A stretch of DNA of 58,404 bases from Pseudomonadota bacterium (GCA_034439715.1 JAWXAY010000052.1:1-58404); one strand, 5' to 3'; counted from the stretch's first letter, positions 39,097 to 47,446 are shown. The notes: generated by a model not told the origin, from the letters alone. Made by a program: numbers and translations.

Positions 39097-39918
39097 ATGA
39101 CCAAACCTTTAGATTTATTTAGTTTTCACGGCTATCGAAACTACCTCAAAGCATGGATTGAGCACGCCCGCGAAAACCAAACCTCAAATCTCTCGCGCTT
39201 AGCCGAAGCAATTGGGGTTAACCCCAGTTTCCTGGCTCATGTTCAATCGGGTTTAAAAAATTTGAGCTTTGAACAGGCGGCGCTTATTTCAAAAATATTT
39301 AATCATACAAATCTAGAGCGCGAGTATTTCTTCGCGCTGGTTCAAATTGAACGCGCTGGCACTCAGTTATTAAAAACATATTGGGAATCAAAAAAAGATG
39401 CCATTCTTGAAGAAAGATCTCGAGTTAAATCACGAGTCGGAAAACATCTAGAATTAACTTCAGAGGATCGCGCGATATTTTATTCCAGCTGGATTTATGT
39501 AGCGGTTTTCGTAGCAACTGCAATTAATGACGGGCAAACCCTTGATCAAATTGCTTCTCGTTTTTCTCTAGATCGCTCAAAGGCCGAAGAAATTTTAAAT
39601 TTTCTTGAGAGCAACGGTATTTGTGGACGAGAAAACTCTATCTATAAAATGGCTCAAAATTCAGTGTATATCTCAAATGACTCGCCATTGGTGGTTAAGC
39701 ATCACACTAACTGGCGCATGAAAGGAATTCAAAAAATGGATTCGCGGCAAAAAAATGAACTCTTTTATACTTCGCCGATGTCGATATCGGCTTCTGATTT
39801 TGAAAGAATTCGCGAATTACTCTTAAAAAGTATTGAGTCCTCTCAAAAAATTGCCCACGCCTCAGCAGCAGAAGAAGTCTTTTGCCTGAATCTGGATTTT
39901 TTTAAAGTAGCCACTTAG
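39097..39918 (+). CDS. TIGR02147/DUF4423-like HTH protein
   Basis: YRNYLK, LAEAIGV.PSFL..V..G.KNLS.EQA, FYSSWIY, HH.NWR, LNLDFF pattern; divergent from a secreted-protein gene. Confidence 0.8.
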   Translation: MTKPLDLFSFHGYRNYLKAWIEHARENQTSNLSRLAEAIGVNPSFLAHVQSGLKNLSFEQAALISKIFNHTNLEREYFFALVQIERAGTQLLKTYWESKKDAILEERSRVKSRVGKHLELTSEDRAIFYSSWIYVAVFVATAINDGQTLDQIASRFSLDRSKAEEILNFLESNGICGRENSIYKMAQNSVYISNDSPLVVKHHTNWRMKGIQKMDSRQKNELFYTSPMSISASDFERIRELLLKSIESSQKIAHASAAEEVFCLNLDFFKVAT

Positions 39919-40256
39919 CAATACCCTCAACATATGAATTCTAACCTTATGGAGTTTTGTAGCTGCTTTTGTTAACTGACGCTTTTCAGGTCAATTGGTG
40001 GGACCCGGTAAAACTGGCCTAAAATAAGCCCTTTAATGGCCTAAACTCTTTACCAGCTTCAAAAGTCGAATGAGGGTAAGAGCAATTTACGGCTTTAAAA
40101 CGTTTGCTATTGGACGAATCCAAAAGATTTACGATGGAAAGGCTGCTTTTCCGTCGAACCGGGACCTGAAGATCTTGAGGCACAAAGAAAAAGCATCTTC
40201 TAAAACGGATGGATTTAGAAAACTTCTTGTGCTCCAATGAACACATGGAGGTTCTG

Positions 40257-40832
40257 ATGCGTCTAATCACACTTTCTTTCGTGCTACTAATAAATTCATT
40301 TGGATATGCTAAACCAAATTGTTTTTTAAATGTAAGTCTCCCACTCAGTTACGTCATTGAAGGACCGATGGACTGGAAGGTTGGCCAACAAACGACTCAT
40401 CAAGCTACTCTGACCGACTCTACCGGCAGCCAACTTGTTTACTATTTTGAGGAAACGGTGAAGTCTGACGTTCAAGAAGGTCTATGGGTACAAACCATTC
40501 AATCGTCTGATTATGAAGAACAGAAAGATGTCTTTGACATTCTTTACGACAAAAAAACCGGCCAAGTTTTAAAATATATTATTAACGGCGTAAACTGCTC
40601 AATTCCCAGAAAAGAAAAATACAGAGTTCTTGAGACCCACTCAGAAAATGTGACTGTGAAGGCAGGAGCGTTTGAAAGTACCTACACCAAGGCAGAAGCG
40701 AGAAGCACTGGCTTTATGTTTGAAAATTGGATAAGTCCAAAAATTCCAATGACGGGTGTCGTGAAATCCAAATCATTTGAAACTGAGTTCAAAATTCCTG
40801 TCGAAGTAGAACTTTTAAGCTTTAAAATGTGA
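40257..40832 (+). CDS. Secreted hypothetical protein
   Basis: ATG after GGAGG; signal peptide; DWKVG, VTVKAGAFES, WISPKIPMTGVVK. Confidence 0.75.
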   Translation: MRLITLSFVLLINSFGYAKPNCFLNVSLPLSYVIEGPMDWKVGQQTTHQATLTDSTGSQLVYYFEETVKSDVQEGLWVQTIQSSDYEEQKDVFDILYDKKTGQVLKYIINGVNCSIPRKEKYRVLETHSENVTVKAGAFESTYTKAEARSTGFMFENWISPKIPMTGVVKSKSFETEFKIPVEVELLSFKM

Positions 40833-40956
40833 ATGGCGCTCGGGGCCGCTTAAACCACTTCGATAATTGCCAAAAGCTGGTGATAATTTTGCCGGCTTCA
40901 ATATCACCAAAATTATCTCCGTCTCGAAACACCCGTTCAACTTGTCAAAAAAAAGC

Positions 40957-41127
40957 TCAACGACTCGTTAGCTGATGCGTAAACTCCGAATAGCTAATCA
41001 TCTGTTTTTGCGCGTTCGCAGCTTTGTTCATCATCACTAAAGTGAAAACTTTTAGTTCGCCAACCAAGGCAAGATAGATCGCAAATTTAACAACAGACGT
41101 ATAAAATTGTAAAACCCCATTAATCAT
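40957..41127 (-). CDS. 56-aa small hydrophobic protein (below ORF-track cutoff)
   Basis: MINGVLQFYTSVVKFAIYLALVGELKVFTLVMMNKAANAQKQMISYSEFTHQLTSR; AAGGGG RBS; ATG overlaps the end of the HTH module by 8 nt. Confidence 0.6.
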   Translation of the reverse strand: MINGVLQFYTSVVKFAIYLALVGELKVFTLVMMNKAANAQKQMISYSEFTHQLTSR

Positions 41128-41329
41128 ATTGCCCCTTTCGTTTTAAGCGTTTTAAACGGCCCTTCACTTGTTCTAAAGTCAAATTCAAGTGCTCTGCGAT
41201 CTTCGCAATAGGCCACCGCTTAACCCATCTTAGTATTGCCAGCTCTGACAGGTTAAGCCTTTCTTTTTCCCACTGGATTCGATAATCTCGAACCACGGTG
41301 CATGGTTCGTATTGTATGGCGTGACCTTC
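41120..41329 (-). other. Orphan 69-codon HTH-like module: excised-state C-terminus of the LSR
   Basis: EGHAIQYEPCTVVRDYRIQWEKERLNLSELAILRWVKRWPIAKIAEHLNLTLEQVKGRLKRLKRKGQYD*; same frame across the ATT GGT GA core as the LSR; no upstream start codon. Confidence 0.75.
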
Positions 41330-41352
41330 ACCAATTTGGATAAAGTGCGAAC
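41301..41352. other. attR-type junction
   Basis: CATGGTTCG 41301-41309, core TCACCAATT 41328-41336, CGAAC 41348-41352. Confidence 0.78.
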
Positions 41353-41537
41353 ACCAGGCCGGCGCATTGCCGGTCCATTTCTTGAAAAGTCTCGTTTTTG
41401 ACTAATTTTGGCAAACCGTAAAGTTATTTGACACAATATGCGTTTTAGGAATTTGGATCGCTGTTCTTCTCTATTCGCGTTGCTATGTGAATGAGGGATC
41501 AAATCACTGAAGAGAGTTTGTATGGCAATGGGTTAAC

Positions 41538-41553
41538 TGGCACGCGAATTGCT
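41538..41553 (+). promoter_or_regulatory. Sigma-54 promoter
   Basis: TGGCACGCGAATTGCT, a consensus match 25 bp upstream of ORF 41579. Confidence 0.75.
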
Positions 41554-41578
41554 CTTTTAGGGAATTTCTGGAGGTTCT

Positions 41579-42235
41579 ATGAGTCGCGTATTTATCGCCC
41601 TAACTACGTTTTTTATATCGTCCGTATCATTAGCGGTTTCTCCACTTTATGAGAATTTAGCCAAAATCTTACCGGCTGGGTGGAGTCTTCCCGATGGCAA
41701 TCAACGAACGAAGGTAGGAGATTTTATGTTAAAAGAATTCCCCTACGAACGAGGTTACCGTATGAAAGATCCTTACAATGGGCCTGTCGAGGGGTATAAG
41801 ATTGTCACCTCACATAATGCTAAATCAGGTCGTAGGTATGCCATTTCGGTTATAATCGCAGATGGACTTGTTTTTGAATTAGGAATGAATGCGATGGGTA
41901 TAGATAAGGAAACTTATTTGAATGATCGAGAGGTTCTATGGCCAGAAAGAAGAGAGATCAAAATTCCGGCTGTTTTTAAAATAGATATGTCCGTCCCAAA
42001 GGGGAGTGATTTTAATAGGAATTTAACAGACCAATTTACCAAAGAGGCCTTGCATATGTCAGGGGTCCGATTTTCGCGTGAGGCACCAGAACACTTTGTG
42101 GCTGGATTTAGAGATATAAAACAGGTACGCACGTTTTTTTCAAATCTAGATGGTCTCTTTAAGAGTACGGCAAAAAAATTGGAAAGAAAACTCGTCTTAC
42201 GGTCTCGGACGTGTATGGGCCAGTTTGGATCATAA
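41579..42235 (+). CDS. Secreted hypothetical protein
   Basis: GGAGG RBS, signal peptide (SVSLA), C-terminal C...F motif. Confidence 0.75.
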   Translation: MSRVFIALTTFFISSVSLAVSPLYENLAKILPAGWSLPDGNQRTKVGDFMLKEFPYERGYRMKDPYNGPVEGYKIVTSHNAKSGRRYAISVIIADGLVFELGMNAMGIDKETYLNDREVLWPERREIKIPAVFKIDMSVPKGSDFNRNLTDQFTKEALHMSGVRFSREAPEHFVAGFRDIKQVRTFFSNLDGLFKSTAKKLERKLVLRSRTCMGQFGS

Positions 42236-42328
42236 TTTCAAACCGCGAATTCCAAGATAAAATCTTTTGAAAACTTCGGAACACGAGATTGATATGGATA
42301 TTATTAAAAAAGACTTGGAGTAACTTCA

Positions 42329-43378
42329 GTGTCCGCAATCAATTTGACATTTCTGCTAATAGTTCTTGTTCATCAACACAGCCTCGCCTCTGAAATATCC
42401 CCTCGAAGATGCGCAGATGTTTTTTCGCCTGTACTGATGCTAAATAGACCCGTTACTATACCCGATTCCTATGAACTACCCAACGGACGAAAACACTCTA
42501 AGTACAAAAAATTTATTTCTGAAATTTCGGAACTACGCGATAAAATTAACCTCCTGACAGAAGGCAAACTAAATCAGGTAGAGTCAGTAATTTACCCCGC
42601 AGCAGGCTTTGACTCTGGCTACCCCTTTTTGATGGCACCAAAGGCAAAGGTGGTAATCGCTCTTGATGATAATCCATTTATAACCCAGAAAAATTTTAAG
42701 CTCGAAACTTCACTAAAACCTGTGCAACCCTATGGGTATGCATCATATATGCATTTCTCGGCTATAGTAAGCTTGCCCGGATTGGCAAACCAAATTGTAG
42801 CCAATATCAAAGGACTCGACAAAAACATAAGAATTCGTTCTGTCGAGGCATTTATGATCCAAGGAGAATCTAAATATATGGAGGCTCAGGACGAGCACAT
42901 ACCTATTCATGGTTTGGTGAAATTTGATCGGGGTGACGGGACTCCAGAGCAGATCTATATTCACGTGAATAGATTTTTTTCTTCTCTTGAACCCTCTACC
43001 GTTACTATATTGCAAAGTTCGTGGTGGAGCGGAATGATCTCAAGTAGACGAATGGCTCTACTCTACAAAGGGGCAGCAGGAATAACAGGAGAATCGACAA
43101 TAGATGCGTTAGAGCAAATTTTTGCAAAAACCCCCGGCTCCGTTTATGTTGCCGCGAAAAATGAGGCTACCGTTAGATTTCTGAGCCGTTCAGACCATGT
43201 TCTAGTTCCCTTAGAAGAATCTAAAAGAGGATATAAAGAAGTTCTCATGCCTTATTTTCAAGATCCTAAATTAAAGAAATATAAAGTTCGTGCTAGGTTA
43301 GGCTACAATTCCATTGGCGGCAGGAAGGGTTGGGTCGACATCGTTATCGTACCTGAGAACTCCGATATCTTTGAATAA
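42329..43378 (+). CDS. Secreted hypothetical protein
   Basis: GGAG RBS, signal peptide, CADVF motif after cleavage, YPAAGFD. Confidence 0.7.
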   Translation: MSAINLTFLLIVLVHQHSLASEISPRRCADVFSPVLMLNRPVTIPDSYELPNGRKHSKYKKFISEISELRDKINLLTEGKLNQVESVIYPAAGFDSGYPFLMAPKAKVVIALDDNPFITQKNFKLETSLKPVQPYGYASYMHFSAIVSLPGLANQIVANIKGLDKNIRIRSVEAFMIQGESKYMEAQDEHIPIHGLVKFDRGDGTPEQIYIHVNRFFSSLEPSTVTILQSSWWSGMISSRRMALLYKGAAGITGESTIDALEQIFAKTPGSVYVAAKNEATVRFLSRSDHVLVPLEESKRGYKEVLMPYFQDPKLKKYKVRARLGYNSIGGRKGWVDIVIVPENSDIFE

Positions 43379-43403
43379 ATCAGGGGTCATTAACTAGATT
43401 TTT

Positions 43404-44384
43404 TCATTTGGAATGATCGCAGGCGCTTTCAATATCAACAACTGAATCATTACGATGTATTGATAATGCTTGCGGCTCAAGCGCGATGTCGTCAGATGAT
43501 GGCCGCTTAAGAATTTCATCTAAATCGGCTCTTAACTCTGCTGCTTCTACTTCTTTAAATGGTTGATTATCGAGTATGGCATTTAACCAAGCGGCTAAGC
43601 GAAATCCGGCTTGTAATACTCTTTCGTTTAAAGGATCAATACTCTTTTCAAAATAGGCCTCATTGGACCCATCCTTCCCTTTGTAAGTGGTGCCCCGGCT
43701 GCTTAGCGATTCATTGAGCCATGTCATAATATATGAGCTTTGCCATTTTGTTATTTCATTCTGACTAGGTTTACGTAGGTTTCTAAAATATTCCATGCCT
43801 GTTGGTTGTGGGGGCTTTTTTTCTTGCATCTGAAACGAAGGGTTCAAGAATGTACTAATTAGATGGGTATCCCACACTGCATGTAGATTTGTTTTGTTAC
43901 CATGCCATGACATATCTATGGAGTTTCCTCCCTTATCCTCGGCCACACCAACATGTAGTGGTTGATGCAAATCTCCTATAAAGTGAACTAGAAAACGTAA
44001 AGCGTCGGCTTTGGCCTTTCGGGAACCTTTGGGACTTCTCAAAACATCTTCTGCCTTTATAAGCGCTCTTACGATATCGCCTGCTTCTTGCTCAGAACTT
44101 GAAAGCGAATCTAAGGCGGAATAGTAATCATTTTTATTTGGGATACTGACATAATGATAGGGGCGCGTGTGCGGCCAATTACTGGAATATTTAATCTGGT
44201 CTGGCCATAGACTTGCCTGGGCTAGGTCTTCGCCGCTTTTTAACAAAGTCTTAATTCTTGCTTTTGCGACTCGGTTGAGGTTTTTTTCAGCAATAATACC
44301 AATGGCCTCGTGACCAGGAATTCCCCAAGAGAAAGCTGAAGCGGCATAGAAAAATACCAAGAAAGTGCAGATAAAAAAACGCAT
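43404..44384 (-). CDS. S1/P1 nuclease
   Basis: Signal peptide then WGIPGH, WPDQIK, HYV, HFIGDLHQPLH, DKGGN, NLHAVWD; ATG 44384 preferred over 44429. Confidence 0.93.
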   Translation of the reverse strand: MRFFICTFLVFFYAASAFSWGIPGHEAIGIIAEKNLNRVAKARIKTLLKSGEDLAQASLWPDQIKYSSNWPHTRPYHYVSIPNKNDYYSALDSLSSSEQEAGDIVRALIKAEDVLRSPKGSRKAKADALRFLVHFIGDLHQPLHVGVAEDKGGNSIDMSWHGNKTNLHAVWDTHLISTFLNPSFQMQEKKPPQPTGMEYFRNLRKPSQNEITKWQSSYIMTWLNESLSSRGTTYKGKDGSNEAYFEKSIDPLNERVLQAGFRLAAWLNAILDNQPFKEVEAAELRADLDEILKRPSSDDIALEPQALSIHRNDSVVDIESACDHSK

Positions 44385-44693
44385 TGAACCCCCAAATAGA
44401 CCGGCATTTTCGGCGCCGGGTAGAAACATCGAACCAATTATCGATTTATATCTGGATACATAAAAAGCGTATTAAGAAACCGCGCTTAATTCTACAAAAA
44501 TCTTTTAAATTTTATTTACTGATACTCTGCAGCGAGTGGGGTTTAGATTTCGAATATGGCAGAAAATGGGCAATGAGTTTTTAGTTTATGACAAGCATTT
44601 TTTAGAAAACTCAATTGGGACGCAGTTGTGCACATTTGTGCATTTATAAATCGACCATATTCGAGTAAATTCTTCTGAATAAAGGAGAAATAT

Positions 44694-45320
44694 ATGAGAA
44701 CTAGTCAAATTTTATTTTTTATTTCGACCACCTTAATGAGTTGTTTGGCCATAGCGGAACTCGACACCTATTATTGCACGACCGAATGTAGATATATCAC
44801 TACGGAAGAGAGAACTTTTTGGCCAGATATTGAATCCGTCCAGACCGATGAAGTGACGGGGTCATCAAAAGATCTCAACCAAGCATACCAAACTATGAAC
44901 GACAAGTGTCCTGGAAATATTTCTCCCAATTATAGAAGCAAAAAAGCTTATAGGTATGAAGAGCAAACAAAGAAACGCCATCTTTGTCGGAAACACGCAC
45001 TGAAGAAAATCACGGTGGAAGGCAGACATGAGTTTAATACGCCCTTCGTCAAAATTGGCAGTCTTTGCGAGAATTTTGATCCGGTTTGCATTCAATCGTA
45101 CCTTCATGCTTCTGAAGAGGGTTTCAAGCAGGCCGTAGGAAAGTGTAGCGATGCTGGTGGCGAAACTGACGGCAGAGTTAAAGTTGAGTCACTACCATTA
45201 AGAGGTGCAGATGAGTTGGTTCATTATGGTAGTTATGATGCGATCGGTGTGTATGCAGCATCTCGAGTTGAGATTCAGTGCAGTCAACTAGTTGACCTCG
45301 CTGAAATCGAAGCTCTATAA
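44694..45320 (+). CDS. Secreted Cys-containing hypothetical protein
   Basis: AAGGAG RBS, signal peptide, multiple Cys. Confidence 0.72.
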   Translation: MRTSQILFFISTTLMSCLAIAELDTYYCTTECRYITTEERTFWPDIESVQTDEVTGSSKDLNQAYQTMNDKCPGNISPNYRSKKAYRYEEQTKKRHLCRKHALKKITVEGRHEFNTPFVKIGSLCENFDPVCIQSYLHASEEGFKQAVGKCSDAGGETDGRVKVESLPLRGADELVHYGSYDAIGVYAASRVEIQCSQLVDLAEIEAL

Positions 45321-45481
45321 AAAATTGCAAAGATTCCCGACTTGGTGTCGTTTTATTTTTCCCGAAAACTGTTGGGACCTTTGGTGTCACTAACGCTCCA
45401 ACAAATTCCTACAAATCGATAAAATGCATCAGTTTTGCACAAATCGTAGGCAATAACTGATTAAGTCTTGTGCATTTTATT

Positions 45482-45497
45482 TGGTACCGTTATTGCT
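45482..45497 (+). promoter_or_regulatory. Sigma-54 promoter
   Basis: TGGTACCGTTATTGCT (GG-N10-GC). Confidence 0.6.
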
Positions 45498-45556
45498 CAG
45501 TTGTTTATTAAGGGAAATTTTTGCGCCCAGTTTTAATCTTTTAGGGGGATAGAAAG

Positions 45557-47344
45557 ATGCATCCAAATCCAGCACCAACACATTCACGTTTTAAACGGAC
45601 TATAATTTCCATCATAAGTTTAGCGTTTATGATGACCGGATTTGATTTTTCAAATGTGAACCAAAAAAATGCGCAGGGCCTTGGTTGCTCAGATTCGGGT
45701 GGTAGCAAAAATAATTTTGATAATCCCCCGACATTTCCCAGCGAAGAAGGCTATGGCCAAGTCGCCATTGACGTACAAGAATCCGACACGCACTTACAGT
45801 ATGGAGAGTTTGCAGAAGTTGAACTTTATCTAAAAGGTGAATATGAAACTCCGGTTGTTTGGCAAGTGCCCGAATATTCGGGTCTGCCTCCAGGCCTTGA
45901 GATGGTCGATAACAATAACGGGATTTTACTCTTAAAAGGGGAGCCTCGCTTCGTTGATCAGTGGTGTTTTATTATTTCAGCATGGACCCAAGATCAAAAG
46001 CAGGGATATCGAGAAATTTGTATAAATGCCGACGCCCCCCTCGATACGCAGCCTCTACCCACCTTCAGTACCGATCGCTACCTCGATGACGCTTATATAA
46101 ATCTAAATTATTCAGCAAACATTTCGTGGCAAAATCCGGCAAACCATTTTCGTGCTGATATCAGCCGCGAATCATTTCCTCAGGGCTTCAATATAGATGT
46201 TCAAGATACTTCAATATTACTCAATGGCACATTTACTGAAGCCAAAAATCATGTCTTTTGGATTCACCTTCAATCTGACGATAATCTCACCGAGGTTTAT
46301 AAACAGTTTCAGATTACGGTTTCTGATGAAGTGCAAACTCCTCCGCGTAGTTGTCCCGATGGTTATTACTACGACACAGTTTTGGGATATTGCGTACAGA
46401 ACCAGTTAGAGACCTGTCCTAATGGCACATTCTACGATCCCGTTTCGAATCTTTGCGTTCAGTATCCCCAACCGCCCCCGCAAGTTTATTGCGGCGAAGG
46501 TTATTATTATGATCACTACTCAAATCAATGCGTACGAATAGGCTACCCACGTTGTCCACTTAATTCACGCTGGGATCCTTACTACAATCGCTGTGAGCCT
46601 ACCTATCATCAGTGCTCGTGGGGTTACCGCTGGTCACATATTTATAATCAATGTATTCCCGTCGATAATCGCGTGAATTGCGGCTACAACGAGTATTGGG
46701 ATTCTTATTACAAAGCTTGTTTGCCAACGCGCTCACAAGTTTGTGGTTACGATGAATATTGGGACCGTGCAATGGGCCGTTGTGTTTCGACACATCGACG
46801 TGATTATTGTGGGTACGACAGATATTGGGATCCTTACTTAAATCGCTGTGTACCGAGAGATAATCGACGATATTGTGGACCCGGTTCGCGCTGGGATTAT
46901 GATTTGAATCGCTGTGTGAGGGTGATTGATTATAAATATTGTCCCGTTGGCTATCACTGGTCGTGGCAGTTGGGTCGTTGCGTACCGAATACTATAGTAA
47001 CTCGCCCTCCCAGGCCATACCCAGTGCCGCGACCCATTCCGCCTCGTCCTGTTCCCGGTCCAAGACCCGGGCCGCGTCCACGACCCACTCCGCCGCCGCG
47101 ACCACCACCTGATCGTCCACGTCCACCGCGACCGGTACCACCGCAGCCAAATCCTCGCCCAGTACCGAATCCTCGTCCGGTACCACCGCGGCCAACGCCC
47201 CCTCGTCCGACACCGCCACCTGATAGACCGGCGCCAGCACCACGTCCAACACCACCGCCTGATCGTCCGCGACCGACTCCGCCACCTGATAGACCGGCGC
47301 CACCTCCGTGTCGACATCCTGATCCCAGCAGGTGTCCACGCTAA
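45557..47344 (+). CDS. Surface/secreted protein: Ig-like domains + Cys-rich repeats + Pro/Arg tail
   Basis: LPPGL/FPQGF Ig-like strands, ~10 C..(G/N/D)..(W/Y)D.....C repeats, ~110-aa PR-rich C-terminus. Confidence 0.8.
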   Translation: MHPNPAPTHSRFKRTIISIISLAFMMTGFDFSNVNQKNAQGLGCSDSGGSKNNFDNPPTFPSEEGYGQVAIDVQESDTHLQYGEFAEVELYLKGEYETPVVWQVPEYSGLPPGLEMVDNNNGILLLKGEPRFVDQWCFIISAWTQDQKQGYREICINADAPLDTQPLPTFSTDRYLDDAYINLNYSANISWQNPANHFRADISRESFPQGFNIDVQDTSILLNGTFTEAKNHVFWIHLQSDDNLTEVYKQFQITVSDEVQTPPRSCPDGYYYDTVLGYCVQNQLETCPNGTFYDPVSNLCVQYPQPPPQVYCGEGYYYDHYSNQCVRIGYPRCPLNSRWDPYYNRCEPTYHQCSWGYRWSHIYNQCIPVDNRVNCGYNEYWDSYYKACLPTRSQVCGYDEYWDRAMGRCVSTHRRDYCGYDRYWDPYLNRCVPRDNRRYCGPGSRWDYDLNRCVRVIDYKYCPVGYHWSWQLGRCVPNTIVTRPPRPYPVPRPIPPRPVPGPRPGPRPRPTPPPRPPPDRPRPPRPVPPQPNPRPVPNPRPVPPRPTPPRPTPPPDRPAPAPRPTPPPDRPRPTPPPDRPAPPPCRHPDPSRCPR

Positions 47345-47396
47345 GAGTGGGAATAAGAGTTGCGAAAATAATATTTTATTTTTGACGGTATAATTG

Positions 47397-47429
47397 CTGC
47401 CTTACCAGAAATGGTAGGGCAGTTTTATT
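47397..47429 (+). terminator. Intrinsic terminator between convergent genes
   Basis: CTGCCTTACCA-GAAA-TGGTAGGGCAG then TTTT. Confidence 0.75.
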
Positions 47430-47446
47430 AAAGCTAAAGTATAAAT

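Larger units (their letters stand above)
34791..41336. mobile_element. LSR-encoding integrative element (6,537 bp) in the 3' end of tRNA-Arg(CCT)
   Basis: Direct repeat TCACCAATT at 34791 and 41328; joining the inner arms gives an attP with perfect 9-bp inverted repeat CATGGTTCG/CGAACCATG and restores an in-frame LSR C-terminus. Confidence 0.82.

Noticed and set aside
39990..40010. Inverted tRNA-3'-like sequence (minus strand CCGGGTCCCACCAATTG) sharing CACCAATTG with attL
   Set aside because: Wrong orientation, CC instead of TC at the centre, and no GTTCG/CGAAC arms or T loop; at most a decayed remnant.
41230..41502. ORF-track 90-aa minus-strand ORF across the distal att
   Set aside because: No recognisable features; the overlapping frame carrying the HTH-like module is the one in register with the LSR.
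42277..42293. Sigma-54-like GGAACACGAGATTGA upstream of ORF 42329
   Set aside because: Spacing is off by one and the -12 GC is missing.
47000..47310. Repeated CCACCTGATAGACCGGCG-like units as a possible CRISPR array
   Set aside because: Coding repeats (PPPDRPAP) without regular unique spacers; no cas genes in the window.
46838..47339. Arg/Trp-rich and Val/Ala-rich antisense ORFs
   Set aside because: Shadows of the Pro/Arg repeat coding sequence.
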